Below are positions 12,701 through 27,150 of a stretch of DNA of 64,000 nt, piece by piece. The DNA is from the human T2T-CHM13v2.0 reference genome, Homo sapiens. The stretch lies in NCBI RefSeq assembly GCF_009914755.1, contig NC_060933.1, one strand, 5' to 3'. Under the pieces are notes generated by a model, which did no database searches, was not told the origin of the DNA, and worked only from the letters and a program-made list of their open reading frames with translations. How positions within the stretch are numbered: the stretch's first letter is position 1; each line of letters opens with the position of its first letter. A program made the translations under genes and the position numbers.

Positions 12701-15700
12701 ATGGAATGGAATGGAACGGTATGGTAAGGAATAGAATGGAATGGAACGAAATGGATTGGAAGGGTTTCAACCCAATTGGAATGGAATGGAATGGAATGGA
12801 ATGGAATGGAATGGAATGGAATGGAATGGATTTGAATGGAATGCAATGGAATGGAATGGAATGGAATGGAATCATTCCGAGTGGAATGGAACGGAATGTA
12901 ATCCAGTGGAATGGAAAGGAATGGAATCAACGCGAGTGCAATGGAATGTAATGGAATTGAATGGAATGGAATGGAACGGAATCTACCAGAATGGAATGGA
13001 ATGGAATGGAATGGAATGGAATGGAAAGTAACCGAGTGGAATGGAATGTAATGGAATCTTATGGCGTGGAATGGAATGAAACGGAAAAGAATAGAATGGA
13101 ATCAAATCACGTGGAATTTAATGGAATGGAAGTAAATCAAACAGAGTGGAATGGAATGGAATGGAATGGAATCACCCCGAATGGAATGGAGTGGAATTGA
13201 ATGGAATGGAATGGAATGAAATGGAATGGAATGGAATGGAATGGAATCAACCCGAGTGCAATTGAAAGGAATCGAATGGAATGGAATGGAATGCAATGGA
13301 TTCAACCCGAATGGAGTGGAAAGGAATGGAATCAACCCGAGTGGAATGGCATGGAATGGAATGGAATGCAATGGAATGGAGTGGAATGGTACGGAATAGA
13401 ATGGAATGGAACGAAATGGAATGGAACGGAATGGAATGGAATGGAATGGAATGGAATCAACCCGAGTGGAATGGAATGGAAAGGAATGGAATGGAATGGA
13501 ATGGAATGGAATGGAATGGAATGGAATGGAATCAACCTGATTGGAATGGAAGGGAATGGAATGCAATGGAATGTAATAGAATAGAATGGATCGAAATGGA
13601 ATGGAATGGAATAAACCAGATTGGAATGGAATGGAATGGAATGAAATGGAACGGAATAGAGTGGAATGGATCGAAATGGAATGGAATGGAATCAACCAGA
13701 TTGGAATGGAATGGAATGGAATGGAAGGGAAAGGAATAGAATGGAATCAACCCGAGTGGAATGCAATGGAATGGAATGGACTCAACTCGAGTGGAATGGA
13801 ATGGTATGGAATGGATTGGAATGTAATGCAATGGAATGGAATGGAATCATTCCGAGTGGAATGGAAGGGAATGTAATCGAGTGGAATGGAAAGGAATTCA
13901 ATCAACCCGAGTGGAATGGAAGGGAATGGAATGGAAGGGAAAGGAATAGAATGGAATCAACCCGAGTGGAATGGAATGGAATGGAATGGAGTGGAATGGA
14001 ATGGAATGGAATATAATCAACCCGAAAGGAATGGAGTGGAATGGAATCAACCCGAGTGGAATGGCATGGAATGGAATGGAAAGGAAAGGAATGGAATGGT
14101 ACGGAATAGAATGGAATGGAACGAAATGGAATGGAATGGATTCAACACAATTGGAATGGAATGCAAAGGAATGGAATCATTCCGAGTGGAATAGAAGGGA
14201 ATGTATTCGAGTGGAATGGAAAGGAATGATATCAACCCGAATGGAATGGAATGGAATGGAATGGAATGGAATGGAATCAACTCGAGTGCAACAGAATGGA
14301 ATAGAATGGAATGGAATGGAAGGGAAGGGAATGGAATGGAATGGAATGGAATCAACACGAATAGAATGGAATGGAATGGAGTCAACACGAGTGGAATGGC
14401 ATTGAATGGAATGGAATGGAATGGTATGGAGTAGAATGGAATGGAACGAAATGGAACAGAATAGATTCAAGCTAATTGGAATGGAATGGAATGGAATGGA
14501 ATGGAATGGAATTGTGTGGAACGGATTGGAATGGAATGGAGTGTAAAGGAATTGAATAGAATCAACTCGAATGGAATGGAATGCAACGGAATGCAATGAA
14601 GTGGAATGCAATGGAATGGAATGGAAAGGTACGGAATAGAATGGAATGGAAAGAAATGGAATGGAATGGATTCAACCCAATTGGAATGGAATGGAATGGA
14701 ATGGAATGGAATTGTGTGGAATGGAATGGAATCGAATGCAGTGTAAAGAACTGAATAGAATCAACCCGAATGGAATGGAATGGAATGGAAGGAATGGAAT
14801 GCAATGGAAAGGAATGGAATGGACTCAACTCGAGTGGAATGGAATGGTATGGAATGGATTGGAATGGAATGCAATGGAATGGAATGGAATCATTCCGAGT
14901 GGAATGGAAGGGAATGTAATCGAGTGGAATGGAAAGGAATGGAATCAACCCGAGTGGAATGGAAGGGAATGGAATGGAAGGGAAAGGAATAGAATGGAAA
15001 CAACCCGAGTGGAATGGAATGGAATGGAATGGAGTGGAATGGAATGGAATGGAATATATTCAACCCGAAAGGAATGGAGTGGAATGGAATCAACCCGAGT
15101 GGAATGGCATGGAATGGAATGGAATGGAATGAAATGGAATGGAATGGAACGGTATGGTAAGGAATAGAATGGAATGGAACGAAATGGATTGGAAGGGTTT
15201 CAACCCAATTGGAATGGAATGGAATGGAATGGAATGGAATGGAATGGATTCGAATGGAATGCAATGGAATGGAATGGAATGGAATGGAATCATTCCGAGT
15301 GGAATGGAACGGAATGTAATCCAGTGGAATGGAAAGGAATGGAATCAACGCGAGTGCAATGGAATGTAATGGAATTGAATGGAATGGAATGGAACGGAAT
15401 CTACCAGAATGGAATGGAATGGAATGGAATGGAATGGAATGGAATGGAATGGAAAGTAACCGAGTGGAATGGAATGTAATGGAATCTTATGGCGTGGAAT
15501 GGAATGAAACGGAAAAGAATAGAATGGAATCAAATCACGTGGAATTTAATGGAATGGAAGTAAATCAAACAGAGTGGAATGGAATGGAATGGAATGGAAT
15601 CACCCCGAATGGAATGGAGTGGAATTGAATGGAATGGAATGGAATGAAATGGAATGGAATGGAATGGAATGGAATCAACCCGAGTGCAATTGAAAGGAAT

Positions 15701-15850
15701 CGAATGGAATGGAATGGAATGCAATGGATTCAACCCGAATGGAGTGGAAAGGAATGGAATCAACCCGAGTGGAATGGCATGGAATGGAATGGAATGCAAT
15801 GGAATGGAGTGGAATGGTACGGAATAGAATGGAATGGAACGAAATGGAAT
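8600..15850 (+). repeat. ~2.41-2.43 kb higher-order unit, about 3 tandem copies
   Basis: CTTATGGCGTGG at ~10650, 13058 and 15486. GAAGGGTTTCAACCC at ~10351, 12759 and 15192. GATATCAACCCG at 9367, 11800 and 14228. ORF translations repeat at offsets of 2408-2433. Confidence 0.92.
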
Positions 15851-18800
15851 TGAACGGAATGGAATGGAATGGAATGGAATGGAACGGAATCATTCCGAGT
15901 TGAATAGAAGGGAATGTATTCGAGTGGAATGGAAAGGAATGGAATCACCCCGAGTGGAATGGAAGGGAATGGAGTGGAATGAAAAAGAATAGAATGGAAT
16001 CAACTCGAGTGGAATGGAATGGAAAGGAATGGAATGGAATGGAATGGAATGGAATGGAATAGAATGGAATGGAATCAACTCGAGTGCAATGGAATGGAAT
16101 GGAATGGAACGGAATGGAATCAACCCGAATAGAATGGAATGAAATGGAATTAACCCGAGTGCAATGGCATGGAATGGAAAGGAATGGAATGGAATTGAAT
16201 GGAACGGAATAGAATGGACTGGAACGAAATGGAATGAAATGGATTCAACCCAACTGGAATGGAATGGAATGGAATGGAATTGTGTGAAATGGAATTGAAT
16301 GGAATGGAGTGTGAAGGAATTGAATAGAATCAACCCGAATAGAATGGAATGGAATGGAATGGAAAGGAATGAAAAGGAATGGAATGGAATGGATTGGAAT
16401 GGAATGGAATGGAATGGAAGGGAATGGAGCCAACTCGTGTGGAATGGAATGGAATGGAATGGGTTGGAATGGAATGCCATGGAATTGAATGGAATCATTC
16501 CGAGTGGAATGGAAGGGAATGTAATCCAGTGGAATGGAAAGGAATGGAATCAACCTGAGTGGAATGGAAGGGAATGGAATGGAATGGAAAGGAATTGAAT
16601 TGAATCAACCCGAGTGGAATGGAATGGAATGGAATGGAATCATCCCGAATGGAATGGAGTGGAATTGAATGGAATGGAATGTAGTGGAATGGAATGGAAT
16701 CAACCCGAGTGCAATGGAATGGAATGGAATGGAATGGAATGGAATGGAATGGAATGGAATGGAATATTATCAACCCGAATGGAATGGAATTGAAAGGAAT
16801 CAACCCGAGTGGAATGGCATAGAATGGAATGGAATGGAATAGAACGGAATGGTACGGAATAGAATGGTATGGAACGAAATGGAATGGAACGGATTCAACC
16901 CAATTGGAATGGAATGGAATGGAATGGATTGGAATGGAATGCAATGGAATGAAATGGAAGGGAATGGAATCATTGCAAGTGGAATGGAAGGGGATGTAAC
17001 CGAGTGGAAGGGAAAGGAATGGAATCAACCTGAGTGCAATGGAATGGAATGGAATGGAATGGAATGGAATGGAATGGAATCTACCAGAATGGAATGGAAT
17101 GGAATGGAATGGAATGGAATGGAATGGAATCATCCCGAATGGAATGGATTGGAAAGGAATGGAATGGAATGGAATGAAATGGAATGGAATGGAATGGAAT
17201 GGAATGGAATAGAACGAAATGGAATGGAATGGAATGGAATCAACCCGAGTGCAATTGAAAGAAATCGAATGGAATAGAAAGGAATGGAATGGATTCAAAC
17301 CGAATGGAGTGGAAAGGAATGGAATCAACCCGAGTGGAATGGCATGGAATGGAATGGAATGCAATGGAATGGAATGGAATGCAATGGAATGGAATGGAAT
17401 GGTTCGGAATAGAATGGAATGGAACGGAATGGAATGGAATGGAATGGAATGGAATCATTCTGAGTTGAATAGAAGGGAATGTATTCGAGTGGAATGGAAA
17501 AGAATGGAATCACCCCGAGTGGAATGGAAGGGAATGGAATGGAATGGAAAAGAACAGAATGGAATCAACCCGAGTGGAATGGATTGGAAAGGAAAGGAAT
17601 GGAATGGAATGGAATGGAATGGAAAGGAATCAACCCGAGTGGAATGGAATGGAATGGAATGGATTGGAATGGAATGCAATGGAATTGAATGGAATCATTC
17701 CGAGTGGAATGGAAGGGAATGTCATCCAGTGTAATGGAAACGAATGGAATCAACCCGAGTGGAATGGAAGGGAATGGAATGGAATGGAAAGGAATTTAAT
17801 GGAATCAACCCGAGTGGGATGGAATGGGATGGAATGGAATGGAATGGAATGGAATGGAATGGAATGGAATCATCCCGAATGGAATGGAGTGGAATGGAAT
17901 GGAATTGAATGGAATGTGGTGGAATGGAATGGAATCAACCCGAGTGCAATGGAATGGAATGGAATGGAAGGGAATGGAATATAATCAACCCGAATGGAAT
18001 GGAATGCAAAGTAATCAACCCGAGTGCAATGGAATGGAATTGAATGGAATGGAATGGAATGGAATGGAATGGAATGGAATGGAATGGAATCAACCCCAGT
18101 GGAATGGAATAGAATGGAATGGAATGGAATGGAATGGAATGGAATGGAATGGAATGGAATCAACCCGAGTGGAGTGCAGTGGAATGGAATCAAATGGAAT
18201 GTAGTGGAAAGCAATGAAATGGAATTGAATGGAATGGATTGGAATTTAATGGAATGGAATCAAACCTAGTGCAATGGACTGGAATTGAATGGAATGGAAT
18301 GGAATGGAATGGAATGGAATGGAATGGAATGGAATGGAATCAACCCGAGTGGAATGGAATGGAAAGGAATGGAATGGAATGGAATGGAATGGAATGGAAT
18401 GGGATGGAATGGAATGGAATGGAATGGAATCAACCTGATTGGAATGGAAGGGAATGGAATGCAATGGAATGTAGTAGAATAGAATGGATCGAAATGGAAT
18501 GGAATGGAATCAACCCGATTGGAATGGAATGGAATGGAACGGAATAGAGTGGAATGGATCGAAATGGAATGGAATGGAATCAACCCGATTGGAATGGAAT
18601 GGAATGGAATGGAATCGAGTGAACCTGAGTGGAATGGAATGGAAGGGAATGGAATGAAATTGAAACTACCCGAATGGAATGGAATGGAATGGAATCGAAT
18701 GGAGTGGCGTGGAATGAAATTGAATGGAATGGAATGGAATCAACTACTGTAGAAGGGAATGGAATGAAACGGAATGGAATGAAATGGAATGGATTCAACC

Positions 18801-21800
18801 CGAGTACAATGGAATGGAATAGAATGGAATGGAATGGAATGGAATGGAATGGAATGGAATGGAACGGAATGGAATGGAATGGAATGGAATCAATCCGAGT
18901 TCAATTGAATGGAATGGAATGGAATGGAATGCATTCAACCCGAATGGAGTGGAAAGGCATGGAATCAACGCGAGTGGAATGGCATGGAATGGAATGGAAT
19001 GCAATGGAATCAACCCGAATGGAATGGAGTGGAATGGAATCAACCCGAGTGGAATGGCATGGAATGGAATGGGAAGGAAAGGAATGGAATGGTACGGAAT
19101 ACAATGGAATGGAACGAAATGGACTGGAATGGATTCAACACAATTGGAATGGAATGGAATGGAGTGGAATCATTCCGAGTGGAATAGAAGGGAATGTATT
19201 CGAGTGGAATGGAAAGGAATGATATCAACCCGAATGGAATGGAATGGAATGGAATGGAATGGAATGGAATGGAATGCAATGGAATGGAATGGAATGGTAT
19301 GGAATAGAATGGAATGGAACGAAATGGAATGGAATGGAATGGAATGGAATGGAATGGAATGGAATGGAATGGAATGGAATGGAATAGAATCATTCTGAGT
19401 TGAATAGAAGGGAATGTATACGAGTGGAATGGAAAGGAATGGAATCACCCCGAGTGGAATGGAAGGGAATGGAATTGAATGGAAAAGAACAGAATGGAAT
19501 CAACCCGAGTGGAATGGATTGGAAAGGAATGGAATGGAATGGAATGGAATGGAATGGAATGGAATGGAATGGAATGGAATGAAATGGAATCAACTCGAGT
19601 GCAATGGAATGGAATGGAATGGAATGGAATCAACCCGAATAGAATGGAATGAAATAGAATCAACCAGAGTGGAATGGCATGGAATGGAAAGGAATGGAAT
19701 GGAATTGAATGGTACGGAATAGAATGGAATGGAACGAAATGGAATGAAATGGATTCAACCCAAATGGAGTGGAATGGAATGAAATGGAATTGTGTGGAAT
19801 GGAATGGAATGGAATGGAGTGTAAAGGAATTGAATAGAATCAACCAGAATAGAATGGAATGTAATGGAATGGAAAGGAATGGAATGGAATGGAATGGAAT
19901 GGAAAGGAATCAACTCGAGTGGAATGGAATGGAATGGAATGGATTGGAATGGAATGCAATGGAATTGAATGGAATCATTCCGAGTGGAATGGAAGGGAAT
20001 GTAATCCAGTGTAATGGAAACGAATGGAATCAACCCGAGTGGAATGGAAGGGAAAGGAATGGAATGGAAAGGAATTTAATGGAATCAACCCGAGTGGGAT
20101 GGAATGGAATGGAATGGAATCATCCCGAATGGAATGGAGTGGAATGGAATGGAATTGAATGGAATGTGGTGGAATGGAATGGAATCAACCCGAGTGCAAT
20201 GGAATGGAATGGAATGGAAGGGAATGGAATATAATCAACCAGAATGGAATGGAATGCAAAGTAATCAACCCTAGTGCAATGGAATGGAATGGAATGGAAT
20301 GGAATGGAATGGAATCAACCCCACTGGAATGGAATAGAATGGAATGGAATGGAATGGAATGGAATGGTGTGGAATGGAATGGAATGGAATCAACCCGAGT
20401 GGAGTGCAGTGGAATGGAATCAAATGGAATGTAGTGGAAAGCAATGAAATGGAATTGAATGGAATGGATTGGAATGTAATGGAATGGAATCAAACCTAGT
20501 GCAATGGACTGGAATTGAATGGAACGGAATGTAATCCAGTGGAATGGAAAGGAATGGAATCAACCCGAGTGCAATGGAATGTAATGGAATTGAATGGAAT
20601 GGAATGCAATGGAATCTACCAGAATGGAATGGAATGGAATGGAATGGAATGGAATGGAATGGAATGGAAAGTACCCGAGTGGAATGGAATGTAATGGAAT
20701 CTTATGGCGTGGAATGGAATGAAACGGAAAACAATGGAATGGAATCAAATCGCGTGGAATTTAATGGAATGGAGGTAAATCAAACAGAGTGGAATGGAAT
20801 GGAATGGAATGGAATCACCCCGAATGGAATGGAGTGGAATTGAATGGAATGGAATGGAATGAAATGGAATGCAATGGAATGGAATGGAATGGAATCAACC
20901 CGAGTGCAATTGAATGGAATTGAATGGAATGGAATGGAATGCAATGGATTCAACCCGAATGGAGTGGAAAGGAATGGAATCAACCCGAGTGGAATGGCAT
21001 GGAATGGAATGGAATGCAATGGAATGGAGTGGAATGGTACGGAATAGAACGAAAAGGAACGAAATGGAATGGAATGGAATGGAATGGAATGGAATGGAAT
21101 GGAATGGAATGGAAGGGAATCATTCCGAGTTGAATAGAAGGGAATGTATTCGAGTGGAATGGAAAGGAATGGAATCACCCCGAGTTGAATGGAAGGGAAT
21201 GGAATGGAATGGAAAAGAATAGAATGGAATCAACTCGAGTGGAATGGAATGGAAAGGAATGGAATGGAATGGAATGGAATAGAATGGAATGGAATCAACT
21301 CGAGTGCAGTGGAATGGAATGGAATGGAACGGAATGGAATCAACCCGAATAGAATGGAATGAAATGGAATCAACCCGAGTGGAATGGCATGGAATGGAAA
21401 GGAATGGAATGGAATTGAATGGAACGGAATAGAAAGGACTGGAACGAAATGGAATGAAATGGATTCAACCCAATTGGAATGGAATGGAATGGAATGGAAT
21501 TGTGTGAAATGGAATGGAATGGAATGGAGTGTGAAGGAATTGAATAGAATCAACCCGAATAGAATGGAATGTAATGGAATGGAAAGGAATGAAAAGGAAT
21601 GGAATGGAATGGAATGGAATGTATTGGAATGGAATGCGATGGAATGAAATGGAATGGAATGGAATCATTGCAACTGGAATGCAAGGGGATGTAACCGAGT
21701 GGAACGGAAAGGAATGGAATCAACCTGAGTGCAATGGAATGGAATGGAATGGAATGGAATGGAATGGAAAGGAATGGAATGGAATCTACCAGAATGGAAT

Positions 21801-23869
21801 GGAATGGAATGGAATGGAATGGACTGTACCCGAGTGGAATGGAATGGAATGGAATCGTAAGGCGTGGAATGGAATGAAACGGAATAGAATGGAATGGAAT
21901 CAAATCGCGTGGAATGGAATGGAATGGAACTGAATCAAACAGAGTGAAACGGAATGGAATGGAATGGAATGGAATGGAATCACCCCGAATGGAATGGAGT
22001 GGAATGGAATGGAATGGAATGGAATGGAATGGAATGGAATGGAATGAAATGGAATGGAATGGAATGGAATGGAATGGAACGAAATGGAATGGAATGGAAT
22101 GGAATCAACCCGAGTGCAATTGAAAGGAATCGAATGGAATAGAAAGGATTGGAATGGATTCAACACGAATGGAGTGGAAAGGAATGGAATCAACCCGAGT
22201 GGAATGGCATGGAATGGAATGGAATGCAATGGAATGGAATGGAATGCAATGGAATGGAATGGAATGGTACGGAATAGAATGGAATGGAACGAAATGGAAT
22301 GGAATGCAATGGAATGGAATCATTCTGAGTTGAATAGAAGGCAATGTATTCGAGTGGAATGGAAAGGAATGGAATCACCCCGAGTGGAATGGAAGAGAAT
22401 GGAATGGAATGGAAAAGAACAGAATGGAATCATACCGAGTGGAATGGATTGGAAAGGAATGGAATGGAATGGAATGGAGTGGAATGAAATGGAATCAAAT
22501 CGAGTGCAATGGAATGGAATGGAATGGAATGGAATCAACCCGAATAGAATGGAATGAAATAGAATCAACCAGAGTGGAATGGCATGGAATGGAAAGGAAA
22601 GGAATGGAATTGAATGGTACGGAATAGAATGGAATAGAACGAAATGGAATGAAATGGATTCAACCCAAATGGAGTGGAATTGAATGAAATGGAATTGCGT
22701 GGAATGGAATGGAATTGAATGGAGTGTAAAGGAATTGAATAGAATCAACCCGAATAGAATGGAATGTAATGGAATGGAAAGGAATGGAATGGAATGGAAT
22801 GGAATGGAATGGAAAGGAATCAACACAAGTGGAATGGAATGGAATGGAATGGATTGGAATGGAATGCAATGGAATTGAATGGAATCATTCCGAGTGGAAT
22901 GGAAGGTAATGTAATCCAGTGGAATGGAAAGGAATGGAAGCAACACGAGTGGAATGGAAAGGAATGGATTGGAATGGAAAGGAATTTAATGGAATCACCC
23001 CGAATGGAATGGAGTGGAATGGAATGGAATGGAATGGACTGAAATGTAATGGAATGGAATGGAATCAACCCGAGTGCAACTGAATGGAATCGAATGGAAT
23101 GGAATGGAATGGAATGGATTCAACCCGAATGGAGTGGAATGTAACGGAATCAACCCGAGTGGAATGGCATGGAATGGAATGGAATGCAATGGAATGGAAT
23201 GGAATGGAATGGAATGGTACGGAATAGAATGGAATGGAACGAAATGGAATGGAATAGAAAGAATGGAATGGAATGGAATGGAATGGAATGGAATGGAATG
23301 GAATGGAATCATTCCGAGTTGAATAGAAGGGAATGTATTCGAGTGGAATGGAAAGGAATGGAATCACCCCGAGTGGAATGGAAGTAAATGGAACGGAATG
23401 GAAAAGAATAGAATGCAGTCAACTCGAGTGGAATGGAATGGAAAGGAATGGAATGGAATGGAATGGAATGGAATGGAATGGAATGGAATAGAATGGAATG
23501 GAATCAACTCGAGTGCAATGGAATGGAATAGAATGGAACGGAATCGAATCAACCCGAATAGAATGGAATGAAATGGAATCAACCCGAGTGGAATGGCATG
23601 GAATGGAAAGGAATGGAATGGAATTGAATGGTACGGAATAGAATGGACTGGAACGAAATGGAATGAAATTGATTCAACCCAATTGGAATGGAATGGAATG
23701 GAATGGAATGGAATTGTGTGAAACGGAATGGAATGGAATGGAGTGTGAAGGAATTGAATAGAATCAACCCGAATAGAATGGAATGTAATGGAATGGAAAG
23801 TAATGGAATGGAATGGAATGGAATGGAATGGAAAGGAATGGAATTGAATCAACCCGAGTGGAATGGAAT

Positions 23870-26800
23870 GGAATGAAATGGAATCATCCCGAGTGGAATG
23901 GAGTGGAATGGAATGGAATGGAATGTAGTGGAATGGAATGGAATGGAATGTAGTGGAATGGAATGGAATCAACCCGAGAGCAATGGAATGGAATGGAATG
24001 GAATGGAATGGAATGGAATATAATCAACCCGAATAGAATGGAATTGAAAGGAATCAACCCGAGTGGAATGCCATGGAATGGAATGGAATGGAATGGAATG
24101 GAAAGGAATGATACGGAATAGAATGGAATGGAACGAAATGGAATGGAATGGATTGAACCCAATTGGAATGAAATGGAATGGAATGCAATGGATTGGAATG
24201 GAATGCAATGGAATGAAATGGAATTGAATGGAATCATTCCGAGTGGAATAGAAGGTAATGTATTCAAGCAGAAGGGAAAGGAATGGAATCAACCTCAGTG
24301 CAATGGAATGTAATAGAATGGAATGGAATGGAATGGAATGGAATGGAATGGAATGGAATGGAATGGAATGGAATGGAATGGAATGAAATCTACCAGAATG
24401 TAATGGAATGGAATGTAATGGAATGGAATGGAATGGAATGGAACATACCCGAGTGGAATGGAATGTAATGGAATTGTATGGCATGGAATGGAATGAAACA
24501 GAATAGAATGGAATTTAATCAAATCGCGTGGAATGGAATGAAATGGAACTGAAACAAACAGAGTGAAATGGAATAGAATGAAATGGAATGGAATGGAATG
24601 GAATCAACCCGAGTGCAATTGAATGGAATCGAATGGAATAAAATGGAATGGAATGGATTCAACCTGAATGGAGTGGAAAGGAATGGAATCAACCCGAGTG
24701 GAATGGCACGGAATGGAATGGAATGCAATGGAATGGAATGGAATGGAATGGTACGGAATTGAATGGAATGGAACAAAATGGAATGGAATGGAATGGAATG
24801 GAATGGAATGGAATGGAATGGATTCATTCCGAGTTGAATAGAAGGGAATGTATTCGAGTGGAATGGAAAGGAATGGAATCACCCCGATTGGAATGGAAGG
24901 GAATGGAATGGAATGGAATGAAATGGAATCAACTCGAGTACAATGGAATGGAATGGAATGGAATGGAATGGAGTCAACCAGAATAGAATGGAATGAAATG
25001 GAGTCAACCCGAGTAGAATGGCACGGAATGGAAAGGAATGGAATGGAATTGAATGGTACAGAATAGAATGAAATGGAACTAAATGGAATGAAATGTATTC
25101 AACCCAAATGGAGTGGAATGGAATGAAATGGAATTGTGTTTAATGGAATGGAATGGAATGGAGTGTGAAGGAATTGAATAGAATCAACCCGAATAGAATG
25201 GAATGGAAAGGAATTTAATGGAATGGAATGGAATGGAAAGGAATCAACTCGAGTGGAATGGAATGGAATGGAATGGATTGGAATGGAATGCAATGGAATT
25301 GAATGGAATCATTCCGAGTGGAATGGAAGGGAATGTAATCCAGTGTAATGGAAACGAATGGAATCAACCCGAGTGGAATGGAAGGGAATGGAATGGAATG
25401 GAAAGGAATTTAATGGAATCAACCCGAGTGGGATGGAATGGAATGGAATGGAATGGAATCGTCCCGAATGGAATGGAGTGGAATGGAATGGAACGGAATG
25501 TAGTGGAATGGAATGGAATCAACCCGAGTGCAATGGAACAGAATGGAATGGAATGGAATGGAATGGAATGGAATGGAATGGAATGGAATATAATCAACCC
25601 GAATAGAATGGAATTGAAAGGAATCAACCCGAGTGGAATGCCATGGAATGGAATGGAATGGAATGGAATGGAATGGAATGGAATGGTACCGAATAGAATG
25701 GAATGGAACGAAATGGAATGGAATGGATTGAACCCAATTGGAATGAAATGGAATGGAATGCAATGGATTGGAATGGAATGCAATGGAATGAAATGGAATT
25801 GAATGGAATCATTCCGAGTGGAATAGAAGGGAATGTAATCAAGTAGAAGGGAAAGGAATGGAATCATCCTCAGTGCAATGGAATGTAATAGAATGGAATG
25901 GAATGGAATGGAATGGAATGGAATGGAATGAAATCTGCCAGAATGTAATGTAATGGAATGGAATGGAATGGAATGGAATGTACCCGAGTGGAATGGAATG
26001 TAAAGGAATCGTATGGCATGGAATGGAATGAAACAGAATAGAATGGAATTTAATCAAATCGCGTGGAATGGAATGGAATGGAACTGAAACAAACAGAGTG
26101 AAATGGAATGGAATGAAATGGAATGGAATGGAATGGAATCAACACGAGTGCAATTGAATGGAATCGAATGGAATAAAATGGAATGGAATGGATTCAACCC
26201 GATTGGAGTGGAAAGGAATGGAATCAACCCGAGTGGAATGGCACGGAATGGAATGGAATGCAATGGAATGGAATGGAATGGAATGGAATGGTACGAAATT
26301 GAATGGAATGGAACAAAATGGAATGGAATGGAATGGAATGGAATGGAATGGAATGGAATGGAATGGAATGGAATGGATTCATTCCGAGTTGAATAGAAGG
26401 GAATGTATTCGAGTGGAATGGAAAGGAATGGAATCACCCCGATTGGAATGGAAGGGAATGGAATGGAATGGAAAAGAATAGAATGGAATCAACTCGAGTG
26501 GAATGGATTGGAAAAGAATGGAATGGAATGGAATGGAATGGAATGGAACGATATGGAATCAACTCGAGTGCAATGGAATGGAATGGAATGGAATGGAATC
26601 AACCAGAATAGAATGGAATGAAATGGAATCAACCCGAGTGGAATGGCACGGAATAGAAAGGAATGGAATGGAATTGAATGGAACGGAATAGAATGAAATG
26701 GAACTCCATGGAATGAAATGTATTCAACCCAAATGGAGTGGAATGGAATGAAATGGAATTGTGTGGAATGAAATGGAACTCCATGGAATGAAATGTATTC

Positions 26801-27150
26801 AACCCAAATGGAGTGGAATGGAATGAAATGGAATTGTGTGGAATGGAATGGAATGGAATGGAGTGTAAAGGAATTGAATAGAATCAACCCGAATAGAATG
26901 GAATGTAATGGAATGGAAAGGAATGGAATGGAATGGAATGGAATGGAATGGAAAGGAATCAACTCGAGTGGAATGGAATGCAATGGAATGGATTGGAATG
27001 TAATGCAATGGAACTGAATGGAATCATTCCGAATGGAATGGAAGGGAATGTAATCCAGTGTAATGGAAACGAATGGAATCAACCCGAGTGGAATGGAAGG
27101 GAATGGAATAGAATGGAAAGGAATTTAATGGAATCAACCCGAGTGGGATG
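23870..27150 (+). repeat. Older, diverged ~1.55-1.7 kb tandem duplication (copies ~23870-25440 and ~25440-27150)
   Basis: Shared rare motifs: GGAATGCCATGG (~24065/25635), CCTCAGTGCAAT (~24293/25868), GAACTGAAACAAACAGAGTG (24546/26081), GATTCATTCCGAGTT (24821/26376), TGTATTCAACCCAAAT (25094/26719). The copies differ by many substitutions and pentamer indels. Confidence 0.8.
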
